Source: Escherichia phage vB_EcoM_EC001. Taken from it: a stretch of DNA of 64,000 nucleotides. Shown here piece by piece: positions 1 through 9,610 of this stretch; position 1 is the stretch's first letter; the number at the start of each line of letters is the position of its first letter. The notes beneath the pieces are model-generated. The model was given only the letters and a program-made list of their open reading frames with translations. It was not told the origin of the DNA and did no database searches. The position numbers and the translations under genes were made by a program. Location of the stretch: the sequence record MN445185.1; one strand, given 5' to 3'.

Positions 1-634
1 GCCTGATTGGAGTAAACCGCCGTCAATCACCTCTATCCTGTCACTGACCAGCAAATTGGGGTCGGTGAACGTATATGGGGAGTGGGGAACTCTTAGCACG
101 ACTGATGCTAACTTCCTGGATTACGTGTGGTTACGACACCAGTTCGGTGCCGACCAAGCGTATTACCAGTCTATCAGTGGGAGCTATCGTTCATACACCT
201 ACATCTACACCTCTTCTGGCTTTTGGCCAATCCTGGAGATGTTTGATGTTGCCAATGAACCTGTGCCGTTGATTGACGAAGGTGCAGAACTGACATGGGC
301 ACCGTCCGTGGTTACTCTGACGGACATCTACCAAAATGAATCGCTTCGTGTGGTGCCTATTACGGAAACCTCCGCTGCAGCGAATCCACGTCCGTTAGTT
401 TTCAACACCGACAACACCGAAACTGCCACCCCTGCCTGGCTGCGGGAAGCGTCATCAGACTCACCACGTCCTCTGCTTGCCACGACGGACAATGATGAAC
501 GTGCATATTCCGTCGCGGTAACAGGCATGGCTAGCGTTAAGATTAGACCGATTATTCTCACGACTGACCAAATCGCCCAACCTTCAAAAATTACTCTGGG
601 CGATACTAACGGTGAGTTGGATGGATTCCAATAA
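1..634 (+). CDS. Hypothetical structural protein, 5'-truncated (reading frame open to window start)
   Basis: Frame 2 has no stop from position 2 to 634; the track start at 56 is a TTG. C-terminal motif TNGELDGF is shared with the 9033..9581 product. Confidence 0.5.
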   Translation, partial: PDWSKPPSITSILSLTSKLGSVNVYGEWGTLSTTDANFLDYVWLRHQFGADQAYYQSISGSYRSYTYIYTSSGFWPILEMFDVANEPVPLIDEGAELTWAPSVVTLTDIYQNESLRVVPITETSAAANPRPLVFNTDNTETATPAWLREASSDSPRPLLATTDNDERAYSVAVTGMASVKIRPIILTTDQIAQPSKITLGDTNGELDGFQ

Positions 635-646
635 GAGGTAACGACA

Positions 647-1636
647 ATGGCTTTTACAATTCGTTGGACGAACAATAACCCTGGGGCTTCGACCGTGAAG
701 CTGTACCGCGACACCAAACCTCTGGTGCGTACAGCATTACCTGAACCTCTGGCAACGTTCACTAACGGGGAAACTGAGTATACTGACCGAACAGCGATAC
801 TGGGGACAACGTATTACTACATGACCACTGTGACAGTGGGAAGCCGAACACTGTTCAGTCCGCAGAAATCAATTCTGATTCAGAACCGTCGCGGTATCGG
901 CATCGTGGCTCCACAGTACGGTGATGACCGCTTTGCGTATTACGGGTACGTGGCGTACGGTGAATTACCTAGCGCGGGTGATTATCCGCCAGGGTTTATG
1001 GCCCTTTCTGGATATGACCCAACTGTTAAGCCGGGCTTGATGAAGTTCCAGCTAGACGGTAAAATTCTGTATCTGTTTAGTGGTCTTCGTGTGAACGGCA
1101 ACACACCGTATAGCCGTGATGCGATTTATAACGCGTGTTTGCTGTACGGTGTGGCGGGACCTGGTCCGGAAGGCGGTCATGGCGATTTACCTGACGTTGA
1201 CCAGGCTGGGGAGTTTACGTGGTTGGGTGACCGCTATCGGATGCGCCTGCTGCGCGGTTTAACACTCGACAGTGAAAGCCCGGTCATGACACTCGACGCA
1301 CAGTGGAACGGTAAACTCCATGACGAGTCGCCGTATACTGCCGATAGCGAATACAACCGACTCATCTATGGGATAAGTAGCTGGTTCCCAGAAAAGAAAA
1401 AAGTGATGTCCCTGATAAAGTGGTCGAACACCAGCATATTCGGAAGTGGATCGCTGGTGGCAGGCCGTGGGGCGCATTGTCAGGAGTTTGACCCAGACAG
1501 TAAGTTGGGGCTGACGCGCGGATGGGCGGCGGCGGATTCCACTGATACCGTGGATAACCTCCAGCGTATACAACATGTCCCTGGTGCGACCGTGGGCGGT
1601 ATTTGGATTCCAGTAATCGAGCTTATCGAGGATTAA
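647..1636 (+). CDS. Hypothetical virion protein with FN3-like N-terminal domain
   Basis: RBS GAGGT before ATG 647. N-terminus (STVKLYRDTKP...TEYTD...GTTYYY) has an FN3/Ig-like pattern and is paralogous to the next gene. Confidence 0.55.
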   Translation: MAFTIRWTNNNPGASTVKLYRDTKPLVRTALPEPLATFTNGETEYTDRTAILGTTYYYMTTVTVGSRTLFSPQKSILIQNRRGIGIVAPQYGDDRFAYYGYVAYGELPSAGDYPPGFMALSGYDPTVKPGLMKFQLDGKILYLFSGLRVNGNTPYSRDAIYNACLLYGVAGPGPEGGHGDLPDVDQAGEFTWLGDRYRMRLLRGLTLDSESPVMTLDAQWNGKLHDESPYTADSEYNRLIYGISSWFPEKKKVMSLIKWSNTSIFGSGSLVAGRGAHCQEFDPDSKLGLTRGWAAADSTDTVDNLQRIQHVPGATVGGIWIPVIELIED

Positions 1637-1638
1637 TC

Positions 1639-2538
1639 ATGCCTATTACATTACACTTTGCACAACGGAAGCCACAGGCGCTCGATAACATCGAAATCTA
1701 TCGCAAGACGCCGGGCAACGCCACCATTGATGTTAATGCACCGGGAACGCCTCTGGCAACCCTTCCGGGTGACGCTACATCGTACGAAGACAACGCTGTG
1801 GAAAACAACACCACTTACCGTTATTGGATAGCTGCGGTTAAAGACGGTGAGCGTGTCTTCAACACCCCTACCGCCCAAGGGTTCTTTTTAGACACCGGGC
1901 CTGGCCCCCAGAAGCTGTTATACGGCGACTGGCACGCTGGATACTTTGGAACAGTAACGCCAGCAGAGTTATTCACTAACACGGAACTGAACAGCCTCGT
2001 GGTGAATATGTTCAGTTCCGCCGTTGGTGCCTGGCATAAGTTCATTTACAAAAACCGTATTCTGTTTATGTCCGATAACTCGATAATATACGCTAGCCCG
2101 CAGTTCATTTATAACCAGGGGCTGATGTACGGCCAGGATGGCAACGGATATGTACCGGGCTGGGCTACTGCACGTAACCAACGCCGCACGGTGACGAAAA
2201 ACGGTTACGAATACGTGGTGCGCTTGCCGTATTTGTTCGACTACAAATTCTGGACGTCTTACGTTGGAAGCGGTAACACTGAGTTGTATCTCGACGGTGA
2301 GTGGTTTAACACCTTCGCGCGCCTGTACAACTACAGTGGGCAGTTTCCGCGCTTTGACGACATTCCGGTCGGTCCAATCGATTCGGTTACTGCCCAACAA
2401 TCTGCATTCTTTGCGGCTATGAATAACACGTCCAGTCAGTGGTACAACCGTCCACCTTACCCTGAGTCGCCGTCGTGGAGTAACTACGGTACCACTACAA
2501 TACGCTCCATTGCGGTACTTGAACTCGTTCTGCCTTAA
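1639..2538 (+). CDS. Hypothetical virion protein, paralog of 647..1636
   Basis: ATG 1639 preceded by GAGGA chosen over the overlapping track start 1603. Same N-terminal pattern (IEIYRKTPG...TSYEDNAVENNTTYRYW). Followed by terminator 2590..2617. Confidence 0.55.
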   Translation: MPITLHFAQRKPQALDNIEIYRKTPGNATIDVNAPGTPLATLPGDATSYEDNAVENNTTYRYWIAAVKDGERVFNTPTAQGFFLDTGPGPQKLLYGDWHAGYFGTVTPAELFTNTELNSLVVNMFSSAVGAWHKFIYKNRILFMSDNSIIYASPQFIYNQGLMYGQDGNGYVPGWATARNQRRTVTKNGYEYVVRLPYLFDYKFWTSYVGSGNTELYLDGEWFNTFARLYNYSGQFPRFDDIPVGPIDSVTAQQSAFFAAMNNTSSQWYNRPPYPESPSWSNYGTTTIRSIAVLELVLP

Positions 2539-2589
2539 CAGGAGACTTCATGGGGTTGTATAGCGCACTTTACCATAACAGCTAAAAAT

Positions 2590-2617
2590 AGGCCCTTCGG
2601 GGCCTATTTTCTTTTTT
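2590..2617 (+). terminator. Intrinsic terminator (hairpin AGGCCC-TTCG-GGGCCT plus T-run)
   Basis: Perfect 6-bp GC stem, TTCG loop, followed by ATTTTCTTTTTT. Confidence 0.7.
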
Positions 2618-2628
2618 AGGACGTTGCA

Positions 2629-3948
2629 ATGATCAACTATAACAAACCTGTCATGCAACTGGTTTGGGATCAGATTAATCGTGATAACCCGCAGCTCAAG
2701 AAACCGCTCAACGCAACCAACGTGGCGTTATTACAAGGTCCTTTAACCAATGCCTTGCGCGATGGCCGCAACAGCCGTATCGTGGTAAACGGATTACAGG
2801 GTGGTGGTTACAGCGGTAAGATGGACATCTACTACGACCGCTTAAACCTTTCGCAGTATTTTAAAGGCGTCAGCGTACCGGTTAAAGTACCTTATCGGGC
2901 GACGGTCTACCGCGACATCATCGACCGAATTTCCGCAGCTTGTGGGTTGGTGCTTACTGCTGACGATTTAACGTATCCTGACAGCCAGTTTGCAATGATC
3001 ACTGTGGCAACGGGCGATCGGACGGTGGCGATTAAATCGGATAACCCCGCATTCACGGGTTACATTCCTATTAGCTTTATTCGTGAAGAGCCCAGCTTCG
3101 CCGACTTGTACCACATCACCGAAACTGGGGCTTGGGAACCCATGGATGTTTACAGCACGGTCTATCGACTCGACTGGAGCATGTACACCCAACAGATAAT
3201 CAATATCCCAATGGGTACCCCGCTGCGACTAAACAGTAACTCGTACATGACCCAGTTTATCGCGGCGCTGTCGGCATGGTCGGGCATCCCGTTCACTATC
3301 GGTAATGCTGCTACTGATAACCCGTATGACCTCTATGGGTATGTCGCTACACGCAATAACAACCCAGGCTTAGACCCTGATATGCGTGGGGAGTACAAAT
3401 ACTGCGTGAAGTTGACGCCGCCTGAGGATATGGGTAATCTCCGCCGTCCGTTCTTCTTGCACTTTGGTCCGAAAAATAACGTGGCCTATTTGGCGCAGGA
3501 AGAGGACGTCGAACGTTATGCGCGTTACATGAGGTTCCGGGAAACCAGCCCAAATTCGATGAGCGTCACGTTGTATCAAAACGAGTACGTGTTGACTCGG
3601 GCAGAATCGCCTGAAACAGCGGATGATTTAACGGGTTCCCCGTATGGCACTCGATACTGTACCGGGAGTATTCGACGGCTGATGCAACACGCGTTTCCGA
3701 CCGAAGAGATGTTCCAAGAAAGTATTGCTAACCGGCGTCGGGTACTGTACCACACTGCTTACACCACCACGACATCAGCTACTACTTACCAGGGACTATA
3801 CCGTAACGGATACCAATCCAAACAAATGACGAGCCTCTACTCGAATTACTGTAACTATTTCATCTATTACGACCCAAGCAAAGGCGGCTATATGGTCTAC
3901 AGTCCATATAGCAAAACTGCCCCGGTCCCTTGGTATCCAGCGCTATAG
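2629..3948 (+). CDS. Hypothetical structural protein (tail-fibre-like)
   Basis: 439 aa ORF. C-terminal motif YYDPSKGGYMVYSPYSKTAPVPW is shared with the C-terminus of the 3963..6131 product. Confidence 0.5.
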   Translation: MINYNKPVMQLVWDQINRDNPQLKKPLNATNVALLQGPLTNALRDGRNSRIVVNGLQGGGYSGKMDIYYDRLNLSQYFKGVSVPVKVPYRATVYRDIIDRISAACGLVLTADDLTYPDSQFAMITVATGDRTVAIKSDNPAFTGYIPISFIREEPSFADLYHITETGAWEPMDVYSTVYRLDWSMYTQQIINIPMGTPLRLNSNSYMTQFIAALSAWSGIPFTIGNAATDNPYDLYGYVATRNNNPGLDPDMRGEYKYCVKLTPPEDMGNLRRPFFLHFGPKNNVAYLAQEEDVERYARYMRFRETSPNSMSVTLYQNEYVLTRAESPETADDLTGSPYGTRYCTGSIRRLMQHAFPTEEMFQESIANRRRVLYHTAYTTTTSATTYQGLYRNGYQSKQMTSLYSNYCNYFIYYDPSKGGYMVYSPYSKTAPVPWYPAL

Positions 3949-3962
3949 ACTAAGGTGTCACC

Positions 3963-6131
3963 ATGTCATACACTCCCGATTTAGTGGCGACCGTGATTCG
4001 GTCGCTCAACCGTAAAAACGCGGTCGCCAAAGCAGTAGACCCCGCTAACGTACGCCTGGTGTCCGTGGCGCATCGTGACGAAAAAACCCTAGACGTCACA
4101 CTGACAGGGGGTCCGGGGTATTCAAGTTACGGTCAAATTACGGCCCAAGTCACGAAGCAAAATATTGCTGATTATTTCGCCAAGGTTAAGTTGGATGCCA
4201 TTCCCACTTGTGCGTCCATCCACGAACTGTTGCCGCATTTAGACACTCTACTAGGGATTACCTTTTTAACCGACGACTTTGAAGACCTGCCTATCACTTG
4301 GACAAACAATGCTGCGCGCGTCACGTTCCAGGCGAAACAGACAAGTCTTATCTGGTACGGCAGCCAAACGCTAGATGTGATAAACGGTGACGTGGATATC
4401 AACACTGTCTACACTGTTACCAATATCATTCTCACGCTAAAGGCTGCGAATAAACAGCAGTGGATTAACTTCTACTCTAATGCAACCAAACGGATCGTGG
4501 ATCTTGATAAAGTCGATGTCAGCGCCCCGATGTCCCCGGAGGATATAGGCCAAACCTCTGCGTATAACAGCGTCGTAGCATTGACCGCTAGACCGGGGAG
4601 CGGGATGTTTGGAACGAAGTATGTGTTCTTCTCACGTAACAAACTCGAGACATATGCAGGCAAAACCACATACGTCCCGGATGATTTCACCGGTAGCCTG
4701 CACGATGCTCTGGCCATCGAGACACTCGGCATTCGGAGCGTTTTTGATGTAAACGAAATTGCTCCTGTAGAGAACCTGGCAGGCGAGTGGCCAAGACAAG
4801 TGCAATTGGCACCCGTAGAGGGTTCGTACAAAGTCATGGGCAACGCCACGTTGAATGTGGCACGCTATCAAGATAACGAGCAAACCCTTAACCTGAACTA
4901 CACAACTACGTCGCAACTTTCGGACAGCTACTGGGCCACAACGTTGATCAACCATGCGGCGTGCGGGCGTTTGTTTGTTAACGTGACCGTAGATGCAGGG
5001 GCTTTCGTTTATCGCGACAGCAACCTGAAACCGACGTTCGTTATCGACGAATTGCCGCAAATTGGCGAGGTGGTTTGGAACTTCGTTAACCGGGGAACCA
5101 TTCTTGGTCGTGGTGGTTCTGGTATGGTCTACTCTATGCCTGCGAACACATCAGCGGACGGAGCTGACGCAATCCACATTAGCGATACCTTCCGTGGCAA
5201 AGTCACCATCGAAAACTACGGCACCATCGCCGGTGGTGGGGGTGGGGGCGACTACTATGCGTTTAGCACCACCAAGATCGGTGGAGCTGGTGGTGCGCCT
5301 CTCGGGCCAGGCGCGGCGGTGCCCAGCGGCACCAATAACCGTAACGGCTTAGCTGGGTCCCGTGACAAAGGCGGTGCTACCCAGTTAGTCGTCGAGCAAT
5401 TTACCGGCTACCAGAGTCGCTACTATGGCGGTCCGGGTGGGGATTGGGGCCAGCCGGGACGATATACAGCGTTCGAGCAATGGAACACCCCGGCTACCGG
5501 CTCGCCAGTCTATGTCTACGGTCGTGAAGACGGGATGTCATGGACTCGCCCTGGGATGGCAGGCGAAGCTGTCGGTGGGAATAAAAGTATCGTCAACTGG
5601 GTATCCGTCGGAACGGTGAAACCGAATGTTACCGACGAGTACCAAGAGTTCCTCGACTACCTCGCAGTTTTAGATGCCAATCGACTGGCCAGTGCGGATG
5701 GGATAGATAAAGTCACCGACCCAACCAAGCCTGTAGTTGTGGAGTTCTTAGGTACGATTATTTCAGGTACGCTGTTCAAAAAGCAAAACATACCCGGCGG
5801 TTTGGTGGGAACACCATACGGCGATGCTATAGCCAATTTACCGAGCACCACATTGTTTGGTATCATGGCACACAGTGTATCTGAGTTTGATATTGTGCAC
5901 GACACTTGGCGTTACAACCGTGCGGTAATGTTCACGCTAAAACCCGCGCCTACCGGGACGATTAACCTCGCTGTGGAACGCAACCGGGTGAAATCGGCTA
6001 CCAGTAGTGCACCGGTGGAGAAGTTCTATGTCGATCGCTTCGTGTATTACGATGCGTATCTCGGTAAGATGATGGAATGTAATCCGTATACCAAATCCGC
6101 CCCTAAACCGTGGGTGCGGCCAAAGAAATAG
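3963..6131 (+). CDS. Putative tail fibre/adhesin-like protein with Gly-rich segment
   Basis: 722 aa; GGGGGGDYY...GGAGGAPLGPGAA glycine-rich region; C-terminal PYTKSAPKPW motif paralogous to the previous gene; followed by terminator 6187..6218. Confidence 0.5.
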   Translation: MSYTPDLVATVIRSLNRKNAVAKAVDPANVRLVSVAHRDEKTLDVTLTGGPGYSSYGQITAQVTKQNIADYFAKVKLDAIPTCASIHELLPHLDTLLGITFLTDDFEDLPITWTNNAARVTFQAKQTSLIWYGSQTLDVINGDVDINTVYTVTNIILTLKAANKQQWINFYSNATKRIVDLDKVDVSAPMSPEDIGQTSAYNSVVALTARPGSGMFGTKYVFFSRNKLETYAGKTTYVPDDFTGSLHDALAIETLGIRSVFDVNEIAPVENLAGEWPRQVQLAPVEGSYKVMGNATLNVARYQDNEQTLNLNYTTTSQLSDSYWATTLINHAACGRLFVNVTVDAGAFVYRDSNLKPTFVIDELPQIGEVVWNFVNRGTILGRGGSGMVYSMPANTSADGADAIHISDTFRGKVTIENYGTIAGGGGGGDYYAFSTTKIGGAGGAPLGPGAAVPSGTNNRNGLAGSRDKGGATQLVVEQFTGYQSRYYGGPGGDWGQPGRYTAFEQWNTPATGSPVYVYGREDGMSWTRPGMAGEAVGGNKSIVNWVSVGTVKPNVTDEYQEFLDYLAVLDANRLASADGIDKVTDPTKPVVVEFLGTIISGTLFKKQNIPGGLVGTPYGDAIANLPSTTLFGIMAHSVSEFDIVHDTWRYNRAVMFTLKPAPTGTINLAVERNRVKSATSSAPVEKFYVDRFVYYDAYLGKMMECNPYTKSAPKPWVRPKK

Positions 6132-6186
6132 TTATCATAATTTAACGAGGAACTTGACGGGGTTAAAGCCTGAGAATAACCCATGC

Positions 6187-6218
6187 CCTCTTCCCCACGG
6201 GGAAGAGGCTTTCTTTTT
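6187..6218 (+). terminator. Intrinsic terminator after 3963..6131
   Basis: CCTCTTCCCC / GGGGAAGAGG stem followed by CTTTCTTTTT. Confidence 0.65.
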
Positions 6219-6245
6219 ATGACCCTATCAACGCAGGAGGTTATC

Positions 6246-6836
6246 GTGGTCGATCGTTGGAGTAAAGAGGGCATTATTCGTGCCAAAGTAAACATCGAAG
6301 CCGGTTACGTTAATAACCCGAAAGATTTGGGCAAAGCAACGAACCGCGGTGTCACTGAACTCACAGCGCGTGAATATGGCTATAAAGGGGATATGCGTGA
6401 CCTGAGCCTAGAAACCGCGTTAGACATTTACAACAAGCTCTGGTGGCAGCGGATGCGCTTAGACCAGATTATGAAAATGAATGTCCTGCTAGCTGACCGG
6501 ATGTTTGATTTCGGCATCAACGCAGGTCGCGGTAACTGTATCAAGTCCCTGCAGCGCATTCTGAACGTATTAAACCGTCAGGGTAAACTGTACGACGACA
6601 TCGAAGCAGATGGCGGTATTGGGCCACGTACGTTAACAGCGTTAGAAGGCTTTATCAAAGCCCGTGGGGAAGAGGGCCTGAATCGACTGATATTCGCTTT
6701 AACCTGTCATCAGGTTGCGTACTACACGGAAATCAGTGAAGGGCGTGAGGATAACGAAGAGTTTACTTACGGCTGGTATGGCCGCGTCTATCAGGAAATG
6801 CCAGACTACGTGGCTAAGTTGGGGATGTGTAAATGA
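6246..6836 (+). CDS. Endolysin, GH108-like muramidase with C-terminal peptidoglycan-binding domain
   Basis: EAGYVNNPKDLGKATNRGVT matches the GH108 N-terminal EGGYVNDP.DPGG.T..G signature; DGGIGPRTL and GWYGRVY match the PG_binding_3 pattern. GTG 6246 follows RBS AGGAGG (6235-6240); track start 6183 and ATG 6219 lie inside the upstream terminator hairpin. Confidence 0.75.
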   Translation: MVDRWSKEGIIRAKVNIEAGYVNNPKDLGKATNRGVTELTAREYGYKGDMRDLSLETALDIYNKLWWQRMRLDQIMKMNVLLADRMFDFGINAGRGNCIKSLQRILNVLNRQGKLYDDIEADGGIGPRTLTALEGFIKARGEEGLNRLIFALTCHQVAYYTEISEGREDNEEFTYGWYGRVYQEMPDYVAKLGMCK

Positions 6837-7124
6837 AACAGAATTGGTTTGCTGCCTTAATGAAAGCTATCTGGCGCGCCCTTGTTTTTGCCGCAAGGAG
6901 AAAACGTAATGACCCACCGTCCAACTCCGCCTAAGTTCCCCGAAGTACAAACCGTTCCGGAAACGTATTACGATTCTGGGTTCTTCAAACTATTACGCGC
7001 GATTTTGTGTCGGAGAGTAAAGCCATGCAATACGACAACGACGACTGGCCGAAAGGCTTAATGCCCATTTTACTGGGATTAATGGTCCTCACGATGTTCG
7101 TGCGTTATATGACGTGAGGCCAGT

Positions 7125-7766
7125 ATGGAAGCACTTAAGTATAAGTTGTTAGAGAAGCCGTGGTTTATTCTCACGGATGATTTCCATTTCGAGTTTACGT
7201 TGCGCAGCCTCTATCGTGAACAGACCGGAATGGATGCGATGGTAGCATTATCAGGTGTACATCCGGATACTCCGTTATGGGTAACGGTGCCGAAAGGATT
7301 TGTAACGGACCTGGCAAGCATTCCAGAAGCGTTACGTCCTATCCTGCATCCGGATGGCCCTTGGGCTGCTGCCGCTTGTGTGCATGATTTGTTTTACCAG
7401 AAACGTTCATCGGTAGGCTTTTACCCTGACACCGTTGAAGGTAATCTATCTCGTGCTTGCGACAAAACATTCGCTGACTTGATGTTCTTACGCATCATGG
7501 AGGCATTAGGCGTTGACACCTTTATTCGTAAGTCCTTCTACCATGCCGTTCACGAGTTTGGTTGGCCGTCCTATGTAGACGATAACTCTAAGGTGGTTTA
7601 TAGCCGGCCGGTAGAAAAGACGTTGTCCTATAATCGCAACTACCTGTTCTTTAGAACGTCGCGTACGTTAGCGATTCCTGAACACGAACGTGTTGACATC
7701 ACTAATGGGCAACCGGTAAACGTGCAGTATTTGAATATCAAACGTGCGTTCCTGACTGCCCCTTAA
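7125..7766 (+). CDS. Hypothetical protein
   Basis: 213 aa ORF with RBS GAGG before ATG; no motif recognised with confidence. Confidence 0.5.
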   Translation: MEALKYKLLEKPWFILTDDFHFEFTLRSLYREQTGMDAMVALSGVHPDTPLWVTVPKGFVTDLASIPEALRPILHPDGPWAAAACVHDLFYQKRSSVGFYPDTVEGNLSRACDKTFADLMFLRIMEALGVDTFIRKSFYHAVHEFGWPSYVDDNSKVVYSRPVEKTLSYNRNYLFFRTSRTLAIPEHERVDITNGQPVNVQYLNIKRAFLTAP

Positions 7767-7775
7767 GGAGAGAAA

Positions 7776-8291
7776 ATGTTTCATCCGAATCCTGCCAACT
7801 TCGCGTTAAAAGAGTTGATGCCGCAGGAGTACATCGCGAAATACGGTGAAGGTGCTATTCGTTTCCTTAATCCGTTACTGCTAATCTCGCTCCAACAGAT
7901 TCGTAATCGTTTTGGGCGGATGGTGATTTTAACCAGTTCCCAGCAACAGCGTAGTCTGCGTACCCTGCAGTTCTTTATTAATCAAGAGAAACCAAAGGGT
8001 GGAGATTGGCAAACTCGTGCAAACAAACTGTACGCCGAATCAGGCAGTATGCATAAATTCGGTAATGCGTTTGATGCAACAATGCTCGATACTCCGTTGC
8101 AGAAAGTGCACGATTATATTGCCGCGAACCCTGACGAGTTTCCATTTATTCACTTTATCGAGTGCGATATTACCTGGCTACATGTTGACGTACGCAACCA
8201 ACCTGATATCACCTTCTGGTCACCAACACGTGGTACCGTTAAAGTGGTAAAACAACAACCCATCGATTGGAGCAAGCTAGTTAAAATCTAA
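7776..8291 (+). CDS. Peptidase M15-family peptidoglycan hydrolase (T5-endolysin-like L-alanyl-D-glutamate peptidase)
   Basis: RBS AAGGAG; zinc-ligand motifs H-x6-D (SMHKFGNAFD) and downstream LHVDV closely resemble the T5 endolysin/VanY pattern (HITGDAID ... HVEL). Confidence 0.65.
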   Translation: MFHPNPANFALKELMPQEYIAKYGEGAIRFLNPLLLISLQQIRNRFGRMVILTSSQQQRSLRTLQFFINQEKPKGGDWQTRANKLYAESGSMHKFGNAFDATMLDTPLQKVHDYIAANPDEFPFIHFIECDITWLHVDVRNQPDITFWSPTRGTVKVVKQQPIDWSKLVKI

Positions 8292-8370
8292 GCCACTTTA
8301 ATCAAAAGTAATATCATTTATCATTTGATACGTTTAATGCGCTTAGAGAGCGTTACAGAGCGTTTTAGAG

Positions 8371-8430
8371 GGTAAATAAAGCCCTTACCCACTCCCCTTA
8401 CGGGAGTGGGTAAGCACTATTTATTTTCTT
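8371..8430. terminator. Bidirectional intrinsic terminator between convergent genes
   Basis: 13-bp stem CTTACCCACTCCC / GGGAGTGGGTAAG (8384-8396, 8402-8414), A-rich upstream and T-rich downstream. Confidence 0.7.
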
Positions 8431-8908
8431 CTAACGGAACAATCGTAACCGGGGTAGGAACTTCGTCAATAAAGCCGCCGCTGCAGCGAAAGAACGTCAT
8501 CCCTTTACCTTCCCCGGTATGCGGGTTCACATCCGAAAAAGAGTAAGTGGGGCCATCGTTTACGGTTTTATTAATACGGTAATAACGCTCACCTGTGGTG
8601 GTGTTAACATTCCCGTCGATTTTGCCAATTGTATCTTTAAACATCATCGGTGACTCAAGTTTGCCACCGTCCCACGTTGCTACCCAGTTTGCACCCACAT
8701 CCATTACTGTTACTGACCGCGGCATCATTTGTAGGTTGTCCAGTACCGGACGGTAGTCTATAAACTTCTCCTGTGTCCCTGTGCATGTATAAATCACCAA
8801 GTCGCGATTCTTTACCGGTGTGCTGCTAAATTGTCCGATGTTGCTTGGTGACTGGACGCAACCGGTCAACAGGCTTATAAACGCGAATACGATAAATAGA
8901 CGTTTCAT
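8417..8908 (-). CDS. Lipoprotein (signal peptide with lipobox LTGC)
   Basis: N-terminus MKRLFIVFAFISLLTGC; isolated minus-strand gene between a bidirectional terminator and a divergent intergenic region. Confidence 0.65.
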   Translation of the reverse strand: MKRLFIVFAFISLLTGCVQSPSNIGQFSSTPVKNRDLVIYTCTGTQEKFIDYRPVLDNLQMMPRSVTVMDVGANWVATWDGGKLESPMMFKDTIGKIDGNVNTTTGERYYRINKTVNDGPTYSFSDVNPHTGEGKGMTFFRCSGGFIDEVPTPVTIVPLEENK

Positions 8909-9032
8909 AAGGTATCCTTTCAGTGGTAAAAACTTTCTCGTTTAACAGCCAACTTTACTGTCATATTAAGCCCACTATGTATTTTTTAGAATGATTTAGT
9001 ATGCACCACAAACCTACTATAAGGAAACAACC

Positions 9033-9581
9033 ATGGCAGTCATCTCTGCAAAAGACCAACTCGTCGCGCTGTTTAATGCCGCAAACAGCGGACTGCCTAG
9101 TCCGTTAACTGCTGCTGACGTTACATTCGGCGCTGTTGCTGACTATTCACCAGCTGATTCTGGAGACACTCGCAACTCCAAACTCACCATCACCGCCACC
9201 GCGGAATCCGCTAACTTTACTGGCGAGAAAGAGCTGCATTATACCCGCCTCAATTTATCGGACTTCATCGGTGCGAAAGCAGTGACCGCTGACCAGGCAG
9301 AATGGGATACCGATGAAGAAGTGCTTGCTTTTGTCAACGCAGAACTATTTGGCGACGGTGAAACGGAAGATCCGTTTGCGTTGTCTGAACTCACCATTTC
9401 ACGCGAAGACGGCAGCAGTGGTGAGAAAGTCATCACTGTTATGGTGAAAGAAGGCCACATTAAATTCCAACCTGTCAGCCTTGGAGTTTATACTGTAACG
9501 CAGCCAATCGTTAAAACTGACCTGAGCACCACCAACGGTGAACTGGGCGGATTCGGCGGCGAAGGTCACGCTGGCATGTAA
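9033..9581 (+). CDS. Hypothetical protein
   Basis: RBS AAGGAA; C-terminal TTNGELGGF motif resembles the C-terminus of the 1..634 product. Confidence 0.5.
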   Translation: MAVISAKDQLVALFNAANSGLPSPLTAADVTFGAVADYSPADSGDTRNSKLTITATAESANFTGEKELHYTRLNLSDFIGAKAVTADQAEWDTDEEVLAFVNAELFGDGETEDPFALSELTISREDGSSGEKVITVMVKEGHIKFQPVSLGVYTVTQPIVKTDLSTTNGELGGFGGEGHAGM

Positions 9582-9610
9582 CAGAGCAATTAGTAGTTTC
9601 TAAGAAATAA

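Noticed and set aside
6183-6245. Upstream starts of the endolysin ORF (track start 6183, ATG 6219)
   Set aside because: Both lie within or immediately after the terminator hairpin and lack an RBS; GTG 6246 follows a consensus AGGAGG and the GH108 signature begins right after it.
7125-7766. Assignment of the 213-aa protein to a specific DUF family (motif FVTDLASIP ... HD)
   Set aside because: Recollection of the family signature is too uncertain to name it; left as hypothetical.
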